The notes beneath the pieces were generated by a model. The model was not told the DNA's origin. It did not search any database and saw only the letters and a program-made list of their open reading frames with translations. 32,000 bases of DNA from Microcystis aeruginosa NIES-843 (GTDB taxonomy: Bacteria; Cyanobacteriota; Cyanobacteriia; Cyanobacteriales; Microcystaceae): assembly GCF_000010625.1 (NCBI RefSeq), contig NC_010296.1, forward strand, positions 4,530,001 through 4,562,000. Reading direction: 5' to 3'. Each line of letters opens with the position of its first letter. The first letter of the stretch is position 1. Made by a program: the position numbers and the translations under genes. This document shows, piece after piece, positions 18,874-26,293 of this stretch.

Positions 18874-20946
18874 CCCACATTCCGCACCCTAAGTGTCACA
18901 ACGTCTCAAAAGAGGAAGGGGCGCGAGTCAAAATACTTATCTAGAGGAGTGAGTTGGCGGCAAGCTGCCGGCAACTAAGCCGAAAATTTCAGAGTTCCCC
19001 CGGTCATTCTCAATAAACAGTGCTTGTTGAGAATGACTAGGCAATCAGACTTAACATCTAGGGGGAGATGTTCCAGTTGCTCGCTTTGTTTTGTCACCCC
19101 TTGAAGTCAATCCATCTGGTCAAGATAAGAGATAATATTCCTGGCAAGGTTTGGGAAAAAATCTCAAAATGTTGCGCCTCTCATCCGTTAAGTTGCTAAT
19201 CTTTTGATTGTCTTGAATACGGACGAGATGAATCCCTTGAAAGCACTGAAATATCCAGCGTAACGTCGGTCGGTCAGTTAACTTACCCAACGGATTTTTC
19301 AGTCCCGTCTCCTGCTGTTTTAAACTTAAACGAAGTTGTCTTTGACCAATAGTATAAACCAGCAGGCACAAGCCCATGAGCATGGCCATGACCTCGATTC
19401 TATGGGGAGATTTGAGAAAGACACTGTGGGCAAAAAAGCAGGGGTCTTTGAGAAAAGAAAATCCTCTTTCCGGAGCTTGTTGCCCCTTATATTTTTTGAG
19501 TATATCCTCACTGCTCAATCGTTTTTTCTCCAAATCGTTAGTTGCTAAAACGAATCGTCCTGCTCGTTTCTTTAGCCTCTCAATCGCTGCCAAATTCAAC
19601 TCTAATTCGGCTTGAACTTGATAGCTTTGAGAGGGCAAATCGTCTTTTGATTTGAGTTTTGACTGCTGAGACTCAGGCGGAATGAGATTGACTTTAATCT
19701 CCGTTAACTGATGAGATTTTAAGGAGTCAGATAATCCTTTGGCTATCGCCAACGCCACCGCTCTATTCTCAAATTCTCTTCGGGATAGTTGCCGGATTTT
19801 TTCTTGGGCAGAATTCTTTTCTTGCTCGATTTTTTTCTCTAATTTTTTCAAGTCTGATTCTTGTCTAGCTTGACTTTCAACTAGCAACCATCTTTGTTCT
19901 ATACCCCCATAGTTAGAGCTTGTTTCCCGCCAGGAATAACCCGGTATTTCTGAATCGGTTAACTCTTTTTCTGAGATGCTATCGACTAACTCTTGAGCCT
20001 CTTTAATGCTTAATGGTACTCGAGACAACCAACGCATTTCTTTCATTAGTTTTAAATTCTCTTTGCTATAGAGGGCGCTATCGCCGACTATTAAACTGTC
20101 AAAGTCAACTTGTTTTTTAAATTCTCGGGCGATTTGACCAAAAACCGCTTTGTCCGCTTCATTTCCGTCCCCTACTTTCAGGAATAAAGGTACATCTCCA
20201 TCCCCACTTACGATTAAGTCAATCATAAATTGTTTTAAGTCAGGTCTTCGGTCGCGGGAGTATCCGTAGGTAATTTTTATTGGCTGTTGTCTGGTTTCAA
20301 TTTCTTCTCCCACTGCTCCTGATTTCAGGATTTCTACTGTTGGGTATTCCTTTTTATATTCTCCTTCTACTGATAGAGAAGTCGAATCTAAATGGGAGTT
20401 CTCGGTTGCTACACCAAATTTTTTCACGGCGGCTAAACTGATGAGTAGGAAAATACCCGAAACATCCAGTTGATAAAGTTTGTCCATTACTCGACCAATT
20501 TTATCATCATTCAGGTGTTTTGCTTCGATGCCTTCTCCCAGCAGATGTTCGGTTGCTTTATCTTCAAAAAATTGAGGAAATAAATACAAGGCTCGGGAGA
20601 CAAATCCCAATCCATTCAGGATAATTGCTTTCACGACTTGCCCCGCTGTGACAATTTCTCCTCGCTCAATTGAGACTTGTTCGTTGATAATTTCAACGAT
20701 TCCTATTTCATCGATAATTCCGGCTACTAATCCCAGATGGTCTAGATTTTTGACTTCAATTTCTGTTGATTGATTCATGGTCGAACAGTCCACTCGCCTC
20801 AGTTTTCCAACAATTCCTATTTTTTCATAATTAGGGTCTCAAAGCCCCCCTAGCGGCCACCGAGAAAACCTTCACCAGCTAAGTATTTTTACTCAAGTCT
20901 CTGGCGGGGGACAGCTTATGTGACAGTTGAGGGTGCGGAATGTGGG
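18874..20946 (-). mobile_element. IS1634-family (IS4-related) insertion sequence, 2073 bp, nested in the IS1 element
   Basis: Terminal inverted repeats begin CCCACATTCCGCACCCT (17 bp perfect). A 6-bp duplication ATAAAG flanks it (18868-18873 and 20947-20952). It interrupts the IS1 transposase reading frame. Confidence 0.88.
19120..20793 (-). CDS. IS1634-family transposase
   Basis: 557-aa intact ORF. The N-terminus …IEVKNLDHLGLVAGIIDEIGIVEIINE… and the overall length are typical of IS1634-type transposases. The start may be the GTG at 20793 or the ATG at 20778. Confidence 0.85.
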   Translation of the reverse strand: MDCSTMNQSTEIEVKNLDHLGLVAGIIDEIGIVEIINEQVSIERGEIVTAGQVVKAIILNGLGFVSRALYLFPQFFEDKATEHLLGEGIEAKHLNDDKIGRVMDKLYQLDVSGIFLLISLAAVKKFGVATENSHLDSTSLSVEGEYKKEYPTVEILKSGAVGEEIETRQQPIKITYGYSRDRRPDLKQFMIDLIVSGDGDVPLFLKVGDGNEADKAVFGQIAREFKKQVDFDSLIVGDSALYSKENLKLMKEMRWLSRVPLSIKEAQELVDSISEKELTDSEIPGYSWRETSSNYGGIEQRWLLVESQARQESDLKKLEKKIEQEKNSAQEKIRQLSRREFENRAVALAIAKGLSDSLKSHQLTEIKVNLIPPESQQSKLKSKDDLPSQSYQVQAELELNLAAIERLKKRAGRFVLATNDLEKKRLSSEDILKKYKGQQAPERGFSFLKDPCFFAHSVFLKSPHRIEVMAMLMGLCLLVYTIGQRQLRLSLKQQETGLKNPLGKLTDRPTLRWIFQCFQGIHLVRIQDNQKISNLTDERRNILRFFPKPCQEYYLLS

Positions 20947-21466
20947 ATAAAGGTCTATATTTGGCGGTTAATTGATAGAAATACAAGGGAAATTATTGGT
21001 TGCTATGCGCGGAGATAGGAGTCGTCAATCAGCCAAAAAACTTTGGGCTAGTTTACCAGGTGTTTACCGACAATGTGCAGTTGCTTACACAGACTTTTGG
21101 GAGTCATATAAGACAGTAATTCCCAGTAAACGTCATCGACCAGTCGGGAAAGAAACTGGTCAAACTAATCCTATTGAAAGATTAAATAATACCTTTCGAC
21201 AAAGGATTTCTCGGTTGGTGAGAGAGAGTCTATCTTTCTCTAAAAAAATGGAGAATCACGTTGGGGCTGTTTGGTATTTTATCCATGACTACAATGCACA
21301 CCTGGCAAAGGATTAAGCCGCCATCACTACTACAGAATCACCACCGAAATCTGGAACGCTTTCGGAGATAAAGTAGGCTGGCTAGTAAATAAACACTGGA
21401 TATACTACGATACTGTGACCTTTGATGATAATAAAGCACCTCAAGGACACCTTCCGTTTGGAATTG

Positions 21467-21654
21467 AGGTTCTTCGGTTTGTGCTATGCAATGTCTTTCT
21501 CTATAAGGGATGAAACCCTTATAGAGAAAGACATTGATGCGATTTTTGTCAATTGTTTTCGATCTAGAACGAACTAATCAATAGAACTCTTGCCAGATAA
21601 GGATTTAGTCGATTTATGCCACCCTATTGAACCATACCAAGTAACGAAGAACCG
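21467..21654 (-). mobile_element. MITE family A, copy 3 (188 bp, diverged, reverse orientation)
   Basis: Roughly 85% identical by eye to the reverse complement of copies 1 and 2. A perfect 6-bp duplication GAATTG flanks it (21461-21466 and 21655-21660). It has a better internal hairpin (TGTCTTTCTCTATAAGGG…CCCTTATAGAGAAAGACA). Confidence 0.88.
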
Positions 21655-21761
21655 GAATTGATCGATTAAGTATAGCCAGAAGTTTAAACGAAGTACATTT
21701 TCGTTGGTGGATTATCTCGCGTCGAGACTTGTAAAATGTAACATATAAAGGTAACAGCCTC

Positions 21762-21881
21762 GTAGGTTGGGTTGACGCAAGGAAACCCAACAAAGAGTAA
21801 CCTTTGGAGTTGTTGGGTTTCGCTTAAACAATCGAATTGAGCCATTTTCGACCCAGTATTGTTTCGCTCAACCCAACCTAC
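21762..21881. repeat. Palindromic dispersed repeat (GTAGGTTGGGTTGA…TCAACCCAACCTAC type), full copy
   Basis: The outer arms are GTAGGTTGGGTTGACGC (21762-) and GCTCAACCCAACCTAC (-21881). Inner AACCCAACAA / TTGTTGGGTT arms are also present. Partial copies lie at 24641-24685 and 25828-25850. Confidence 0.8.
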
Positions 21882-21900
21882 AATAATTGCTTATATTAAT

Positions 21901-22001
21901 TTCTGATTAATTGCCAATTCATTGCCGACACAAGAGTTAAAGCGATAACAATTCATTGCTGTATGTAACAATATAAGAGGAGTTTATCTCAGGAGTTCCA
22001 C
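21901..22001 (+). repeat. 101-bp conserved leader, copy 1 (directly upstream of the DUF433 gene; contains its RBS)
   Basis: About 87% identical (13 mismatches in 101 nt, counted by eye) to 25860-25960. It ends in CTCAGGAGTTCCAC followed by the GTG start at 22003. Confidence 0.8.
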
Positions 22002-22002
22002 A

Positions 22003-22236
22003 GTGATTAAAGAGCTAGACCGTATTACTGTTAATCCACAAATATGTCTTGGACAGCCAACGATTCGAGGAATGCGTATCACTGTGGTATTTGTTCTGAA
22101 ACTGTTGGCTAGTCAGTTATCTATTCAGGAAGTCTTAGAGGCTTATCCAGAGTTAGAGGAGGAAGATATTCGTCAGGCTCTTAATTATGCAGCTTGGGCT
22201 GTATCCGATTATATCGTTAGCTTCACTTCGGCATGA
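22003..22236 (+). CDS. DUF433-domain protein (antitoxin-like partner of DUF5615)
   Basis: 77 aa, GTG start 8 nt after AGGAG. …RITVNPQICLGQPTIRGMRITV…EVLEAYPELEEEDIRQALNYAA matches the DUF433 pattern. It overlaps the next gene by 4 nt. Confidence 0.85.
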   Translation: MIKELDRITVNPQICLGQPTIRGMRITVVFVLKLLASQLSIQEVLEAYPELEEEDIRQALNYAAWAVSDYIVSFTSA

Positions 22237-22607
22237 GTAGTCTGCGTTTACGAGCTGATGTTCATATCTCCCCTTTGACAGTTGCGGCTTTAAGGTTACA
22301 GGGCTACGACATAGTACGCACTACAGACTTTTTACCTGCCACTGCTGCCGACGCGGAGATTTTGGAACTTGCCAGAGTGGAAGGTCAAGTTATTTTAACA
22401 CAAGACTTAGACTTTTCCCTGCTGGTAGCCCTCAATAATTATGGACTGCCTAGCTTGATTACATTACGGTTATCTTCTGCCAGACCTGATGTAGTTGCTC
22501 AAAGGCTTCTAGATGTTTTACTGACTGTGGAAACGGAACTGACAGAAGGTGCGGCAATTACTATCAGCGATGACTCTGTGCGTGTTCGTAAACTTCCAAT
22601 TCGATGA
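22233..22607 (+). CDS. DUF5615-family PIN-like (Mut7-C-like) protein, putative toxin
   Basis: 124 aa. …ADVHISPLTVAALRLQGYDIVRTTDF…AEILELARVEGQVILTQDLDF… is typical of the DUF433/DUF5615 gene pair. Confidence 0.8.
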   Translation: MSSLRLRADVHISPLTVAALRLQGYDIVRTTDFLPATAADAEILELARVEGQVILTQDLDFSLLVALNNYGLPSLITLRLSSARPDVVAQRLLDVLLTVETELTEGAAITISDDSVRVRKLPIR

Positions 22608-22608
22608 A

Positions 22609-22718
22609 CCCGCACCTCAAACGATGTCAGACAAAGAAGTAGAAACGATTTTCAAGGAAAAATTAAATCAAATAATTGAGGAATAGAAATCGTGCGTTAC
22701 ACAATTATTATCGAAAAA
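22609..22718 (+). pseudogene. Remnant junction: 3' end of a DUF6887-like small gene plus the first ~12 codons of a hicB-like gene
   Basis: A 110-bp segment highly similar to 24269-24378, exactly 1660 bp downstream (CCCGCACCTCAAACGATGTC…AATAATTGAGGAATAGAAATCGTGCGTTA…ATTATTATCGAAAAA). Upstream it joins directly to the DUF5615 stop codon. Downstream the hicB-like frame diverges and ends at about 22797. Confidence 0.8.
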
Positions 22719-22773
22719 ATTGATAGGGTTTCGATGCCTGTCACAGGTTGGCGATATAATATTGGTTGGATAA

Positions 22774-23040
22774 ATGAAAGAAGTTCGATTTAGTGAGCAT
22801 TCTAGAATCAAATTGAATTTGCTATCCGCTCGTGGAATTTTTATCACTCCTGAATTTATCCTCGAAACTGTACAATTTCCTGACAAAATAGAAATCTCTG
22901 AAGACAACAAGCGAATCGCACAAAAAAAGTTCAATGATAATTTAGTGATTCGAGTAGTTTATCGAGAATTCAGCGCTTTTTTCTTAATCATCACCCTTTA
23001 CCCCGGTAGGATATCCCGATATGAACAAGATACACTATAG
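22774..23040 (+). CDS. DUF4258-domain protein (putative toxin)
   Basis: 88 aa. MKEVRFSEHSRIKLNLLSARGI…VIRVVYRE…LIITLYPGR follows the DUF4258 pattern. It overlaps the next ORF by 20 nt. Confidence 0.7.
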   Translation: MKEVRFSEHSRIKLNLLSARGIFITPEFILETVQFPDKIEISEDNKRIAQKKFNDNLVIRVVYREFSAFFLIITLYPGRISRYEQDTL

Positions 23041-23242
23041 CCCAGATGTGGATGCTTTATTAATTGAGTTAAACAATAATCCAATTGCTTACGCAGAGGA
23101 GGAAGGGAAAACAATATTACATTATTCCGAGGACGATCAGTTAGTTTTAATCGAGATTCTAGATTTTGGTTGTTCTCTATCGGAAGATGCTAGACAAGAA
23201 CTGGCAAAATCCATATCTTCTCGTGAATCGATTAAAATATAG
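23021..23242 (+). CDS. DUF2283-domain protein (putative antitoxin partner of DUF4258)
   Basis: 73 aa. …YSPDVDALLIELNNNPIAYAEEEGKTILHYSEDDQLVLIEILDF… follows the DUF2283 pattern. Confidence 0.7.
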   Translation: MNKIHYSPDVDALLIELNNNPIAYAEEEGKTILHYSEDDQLVLIEILDFGCSLSEDARQELAKSISSRESIKI

Positions 23243-23278
23243 TTATCGATTAATGTCCATCTCACAACAATTTAAATC

Positions 23279-23530
23279 ATGAAAGGTATTCAGTATATTG
23301 TCGATGAAACAGGAGAAAAAACAGCAGTTGTTATCGATCTAAAAGAATGGGGTCAACTGTGGAATGAGTTTTATCAAAATTTACTCGATCGCTCTCCCGT
23401 AAATGAAGACTGGATAAATCGATCGCCTTTTCGAGAAAAATTAGATCAAGCTCTCCCATGGAATGCTAATCATCCACCGCAGTTATCAAATCTAGAATTA
23501 CTAGAGAGCAAACTCGAAAATCATGAGTGA
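23279..23530 (+). CDS. Orphan antitoxin-like small protein
   Basis: 83 aa. The N-terminus GIQYIVDETGEKTAVVIDLKEWGQLW resembles the N-terminal segment of the antitoxin at 23584 (SYVLDKDQKPIAVQIPIAEFEKI). No toxin ORF follows it. Confidence 0.5.
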   Translation: MKGIQYIVDETGEKTAVVIDLKEWGQLWNEFYQNLLDRSPVNEDWINRSPFREKLDQALPWNANHPPQLSNLELLESKLENHE

Positions 23531-23583
23531 GTTTTTACTTGATTTATCAATAATAATATAGAGAACTTTTAGAGGAACTACAA

Positions 23584-23796
23584 ATGCTAGAAATTACCAA
23601 AAGCTATGTATTAGACAAGGATCAAAAGCCGATTGCCGTTCAGATTCCCATTGCTGAATTTGAAAAAATCGAAGAAATCCTTGAGGATTACGGACTGGGA
23701 AAACTCATCGAAGAAGTTGAAAATGATCAAATCCTAGACAAAGAAAAAGCCTTACAATATTTAGAGTTGCTTAAAAATAAAAATGTGGAAAGTTGA
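23584..23796 (+). CDS. Type II antitoxin (partner of the RelE/ParE-family toxin)
   Basis: 70 aa and acidic. It overlaps the downstream toxin gene by 14 nt. Confidence 0.7.
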   Translation: MLEITKSYVLDKDQKPIAVQIPIAEFEKIEEILEDYGLGKLIEEVENDQILDKEKALQYLELLKNKNVES

Positions 23797-24055
23797 ATAC
23801 AACAAGAGATTTTTAAAAGAATTAACCTCTTTGCCAAAAGACATACAATCTCGCGTTGAGTTGATCGTATTTTCCGAATTAGAAACTGACAATCCTTTTG
23901 AATTAGGCTATCTCGATAAAATGAAAGGACATAAAGATAAATATAAAATTAGAGTTGCAGATTATAGGATTGGCCTGACTATTGATAAACCCAATCAAAC
24001 CATCATCTGTCAACGGGTCGCACATCGTAGAGAAATTTACAAAACTTTTCCTTGA
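23783..24055 (+). CDS. RelE/ParE-family type II toxin
   Basis: 90 aa. …FLKELTSLPKDIQSRV…YKIRVADYRIGLTIDKPNQTIICQRVAHRREIYKTFP is the classic RelE/ParE C-terminal pattern. Confidence 0.85.
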   Translation: MWKVEYNKRFLKELTSLPKDIQSRVELIVFSELETDNPFELGYLDKMKGHKDKYKIRVADYRIGLTIDKPNQTIICQRVAHRREIYKTFP

Positions 24056-24136
24056 TAGAAAGATACCGCTATCTTTATCTGTCAATTGCTTTCTAATCAT
24101 TTTAATCGATGAACAGGGGAATTGGAACTTTGAATT

Positions 24137-24346
24137 ATGAAAAAATCACCTTCGGAAATGACTAACGCAGAACTCCGTCAGTATCTTTCGGAACATCGAA
24201 ACGAAGAAGCTATTTTTAGTGAAGCACTAGAAGTATTATTAAGCCGAAAAAAAGACTGGTTTAAATATCCCGCACCTCAAACGATGTCCTATAAAGAAAT
24301 AGAAACGATTTTCAAGGAAAAATTAAATCAAATAATTGAGGAATAG
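24137..24346 (+). CDS. Small helical protein (DUF6887-like, cyanobacterial), upstream partner of HicB-like gene
   Basis: 69 aa. …MTNAELRQYLSEHRNEEAIFSEALEVLLSRKK… The family name comes from memory of similar cyanobacterial proteins. Its stop codon lies 5 nt before the hicB-like GTG. Confidence 0.6.
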   Translation: MKKSPSEMTNAELRQYLSEHRNEEAIFSEALEVLLSRKKDWFKYPAPQTMSYKEIETIFKEKLNQIIEE

Positions 24347-24351
24347 AAATC

Positions 24352-24558
24352 GTGCGTTATGCGATTATTATCGAAAAAGCTGAAAATAACTATTCCGCTT
24401 ATGTTCCCGATTTACCCGGTTGTGTTACTACCGGTAAAACCCTAGAGGAAATCACAGAAAATATGAAAGAAGCGATTCAATTTCATCTGGATGGTTTACA
24501 AGAGCAAGGGCTGCCAATTCCCCAACCAGCCACCTATTGCCAGTATATCGAAGCGTAA
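24352..24558 (+). CDS. hicB: HicB-family antitoxin-like protein (UPF0150 fold)
   Basis: 68 aa, GTG start. MRYAIIIEKAENNYSAYVPDLPGCVTTGKTLEEITENMKEAIQFHLDGL is the canonical HicB N-terminal domain. No HicA ORF was found nearby. Confidence 0.85.
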   Translation: MRYAIIIEKAENNYSAYVPDLPGCVTTGKTLEEITENMKEAIQFHLDGLQEQGLPIPQPATYCQYIEA

Positions 24559-24560
24559 CC

Positions 24561-24644
24561 GATCACCTGCATCCTGTCCGCGACTTTTATCTGTTAACAT
24601 GGAACTGTAAACATATTGCCAATGCTCAAATGCAGATCTTGTAG
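24561..24644 (+). pseudogene. Remnant of the 3' part of a PIN-like gene, paralogous to 25145-25621
   Basis: Translates to DHLHPVRDFYLLTWNCKHIANAQMQIL*, compared with DALHLAYASYFDIQYLVTWNCNHLANANKRK in the intact gene. The stop codon TAG is supplied by the first bases of the palindromic repeat. Confidence 0.75.
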
Positions 24645-24685
24645 GTGGGGTTGAACGAAACAATAGTGGATCGAAAATGGCTCAG
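24641..24685. repeat. Partial copy of the GTAGGTTGGGTTGA palindromic repeat
   Basis: GTAGGTGGGGTTGAACGAAACAATAGTGGATCGAAAATGGCTCAG matches the reverse complement of 21839-21881. Confidence 0.8.
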
Positions 24686-24757
24686 TTATGAGAAATTTGC
24701 ACGGTGAATAGATAGCTTTATGAGAAAATGGAAAGGTAATGCAATCCTCTAAGCCAG

Positions 24758-25021
24758 ATGACTATAGCAGAGCTATTTCCTACTTTGAGAAGTCTGCCTC
24801 GTGCAGACAAGTTGAAGGTGATGCAATTTCTGATCGCAGAACTAAGTAAGGACGAGGAGCCAAGCCTACAGCCAGGAGCAACATATTTACTCTCGTCGCC
24901 GCTTAATTCACACGCAGCGGCGCAGAAACTTGCTCAACTCCTAGATTCGGAACAAGCAACTAATGTTTGGGATAAAATGGAGAAGTTTCAATGCGATCAA
25001 GTCCAAGTGCGATCGCTCTGA
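24758..25021 (+). CDS. Small hypothetical protein (…LPRADKLKVMQFLIAELSKDEE… type)
   Basis: 87-aa ORF with an ATG start. The motif resembles a recurrent small cyanobacterial protein family that is often found among TA genes. This is a recollection, not a search result. Confidence 0.5.
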   Translation: MTIAELFPTLRSLPRADKLKVMQFLIAELSKDEEPSLQPGATYLLSSPLNSHAAAQKLAQLLDSEQATNVWDKMEKFQCDQVQVRSL

Positions 25022-25144
25022 GAAATGATCGAGGTCAAGCATGACAGTGCAATAACTTCGTTACAGAGATAGGATAGTAGAATAGAGGGGGCTACCATAC
25101 CGCTGCTTCAGGCTTTAATTTAGTCTTGTCGATCAGTTATTATC

Positions 25145-25621
25145 ATGAAAGAAAAAGTGTACTTGGATTCCACGGTTCCGAGTTATTACTTTGATGAGCG
25201 TGAAGCTCTAAAAACTTTTACCGAAATCACAAGGAAGTGGTGGTCGGAGATGTCCAGTTATTATGATTTATATATTTCGGATGCTGTGCTTCAAGAACTA
25301 ACCAACGGAAACTATCCGCGTAAAGCTGAAATTATTCATTTGGTTTCGAGGATTCCTTTACTACCGCCGACTTCTGCTCTTGAACAAGTTGTCGAGTTTT
25401 ATCTTGCCAACTATGTCATGCCAAGGTCTCTTGTGGGCGACGCTCTACATCTTGCCTATGCCAGCTATTTCGACATTCAATATCTCGTTACTTGGAATTG
25501 CAACCACCTAGCGAATGCTAACAAACGGAAGCCTATTCGCGTTATCAATGCCCGCCTTGGTTTGTCAACACCTGAAATTGTCACACCACTTGAACTATTC
25601 AAAGAGGAGAATAACTTATGA
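25145..25621 (+). CDS. PIN-like domain protein (putative VapC-type toxin)
   Basis: 158 aa. Contains N-terminal VYLDSTV (acidic PIN residue), …DALHLAYA… and …LVTWNCNHLANA… It overlaps the downstream ORF by 4 nt (ATGA). Confidence 0.7.
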   Translation: MKEKVYLDSTVPSYYFDEREALKTFTEITRKWWSEMSSYYDLYISDAVLQELTNGNYPRKAEIIHLVSRIPLLPPTSALEQVVEFYLANYVMPRSLVGDALHLAYASYFDIQYLVTWNCNHLANANKRKPIRVINARLGLSTPEIVTPLELFKEENNL

Positions 25622-25830
25622 TCCACTCAGAGATTTTGCAAGAAAAAGATAAAACTCAAACAAGATTATCGGAGGAATGCACGTCTATCCATGACTATTT
25701 AGTTAAGTCTCGCATTGCTGCGGAAAAGGCTGCGGAATCCTACGGGTTTACTCTCAAGTATGCTGAAGAAATTCATAAAATTCGAGAAGAACACACCAAA
25801 GCTTTCAACGCCAACACAACAGCCTCTTAG
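25618..25830 (+). CDS. Small protein translationally coupled to the PIN-like gene (possible antitoxin)
   Basis: 70 aa. Its C-terminus and TAG stop lie inside the palindromic repeat arm (…CTTAGGTTGGCTTGAGCG), so the native C-terminus may have been replaced. Confidence 0.5.
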   Translation: MIHSEILQEKDKTQTRLSEECTSIHDYLVKSRIAAEKAAESYGFTLKYAEEIHKIREEHTKAFNANTTAS

Positions 25831-25960
25831 GTTGGCTTGAGCGAAACAATTTAGATTGATTCTGATTAATTGCCAATTCATTGGAAACACAAGAGTTAGG
25901 GCGATAATGATTCATGGCTGTATGTAACAATACAGAATAAGTTTATCTCAGGAGTTCCAC
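25828..25960 (+). repeat. Palindromic-repeat arm (25828-25850) followed by copy 2 of the 101-bp leader (25860-25960), with no gene attached
   Basis: This is the same arm-plus-leader arrangement as 21859-22001. After …GGAGTTCCAC the sequence reads GGGATAA… (stop) instead of a GTG start with a DUF433 ORF. Confidence 0.8.
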
Positions 25961-26056
25961 GGGATAAACTTACGAGTCTCTACCTATTGGATTATCGACT
26001 CACTTACGAAAGAAACAAGATTTGTGACTTTATTACCAGATTAAAAGAGTTAGACT

Positions 26057-26293
26057 ATGAAATTTGATATGTTTTCCGAAGTTCAATTAACCGAAGATTT
26101 GCCAGAATCTAATTTGTCTCGTGGCACTCACGCGATTATCGTGGATTATTGTCCTCGACCCGAAGGCCAAGAGGATGGCTATGTTTTAGAAGTGTTAAAT
26201 AATCAGGGAAAAGCCTATACAGTTATCGCTGTAGAAGTTTCCAAGATTGAATCAATTCAAAATCTTAAACAGGATGAATTTCAAATAATATAA
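26057..26293 (+). CDS. DUF4926-domain protein
   Basis: 78 aa. …FSEVQLTEDLPESNLSRGTHAIIVDY…GYVLEVLNNQGKAYTVIAVEVSKI follows the DUF4926 pattern. Confidence 0.7.
   Translation: MKFDMFSEVQLTEDLPESNLSRGTHAIIVDYCPRPEGQEDGYVLEVLNNQGKAYTVIAVEVSKIESIQNLKQDEFQII

Larger units (their letters stand above)
18320..21342 (+). mobile_element. IS1-family element, degenerate, carrying a nested IS
   Basis: Ends are GGTAATGATTCGGTAGTAGTG... and ...CACTACTACAGAATCACC (IS1-like GGTRATG termini). The InsA-like part is CPNCGSHHTIKNG…GRQLV…ERIS*RGIARVTGVSWSWLQNYV, with a TGA at 18703-18705 and no start codon in frame. The InsB-like part is CDEMWSFV…|IS|…VYIWRLIDRNTREIIGCY, then a frameshift, then GDRSRQSAKKLW…IERLNNTFRQRISRLVRESLSFSKKMENHVGAVWYFIHDYNA (to 21316). 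The flanks are only approximately duplicated (ACCGATA versus ACCGAAA). Confidence 0.8.

Noticed and set aside
19326-19615. Small ORFs within the IS1634 transposase gene (19326-19511, 19336-19548, 19376-19615), and 20972-21316 read as an independent gene.
   Set aside because: The first three are shadow ORFs. The last is the C-terminal fragment of the disrupted IS1 transposase, not a separate gene.
22668-25890. Minus-strand ORFs in the TA array (22668-22934, 23903-24100, 25699-25890).
   Set aside because: Each overlaps better-supported plus-strand genes or repeat remnants and has no RBS. These are AT-rich, low-complexity translations.
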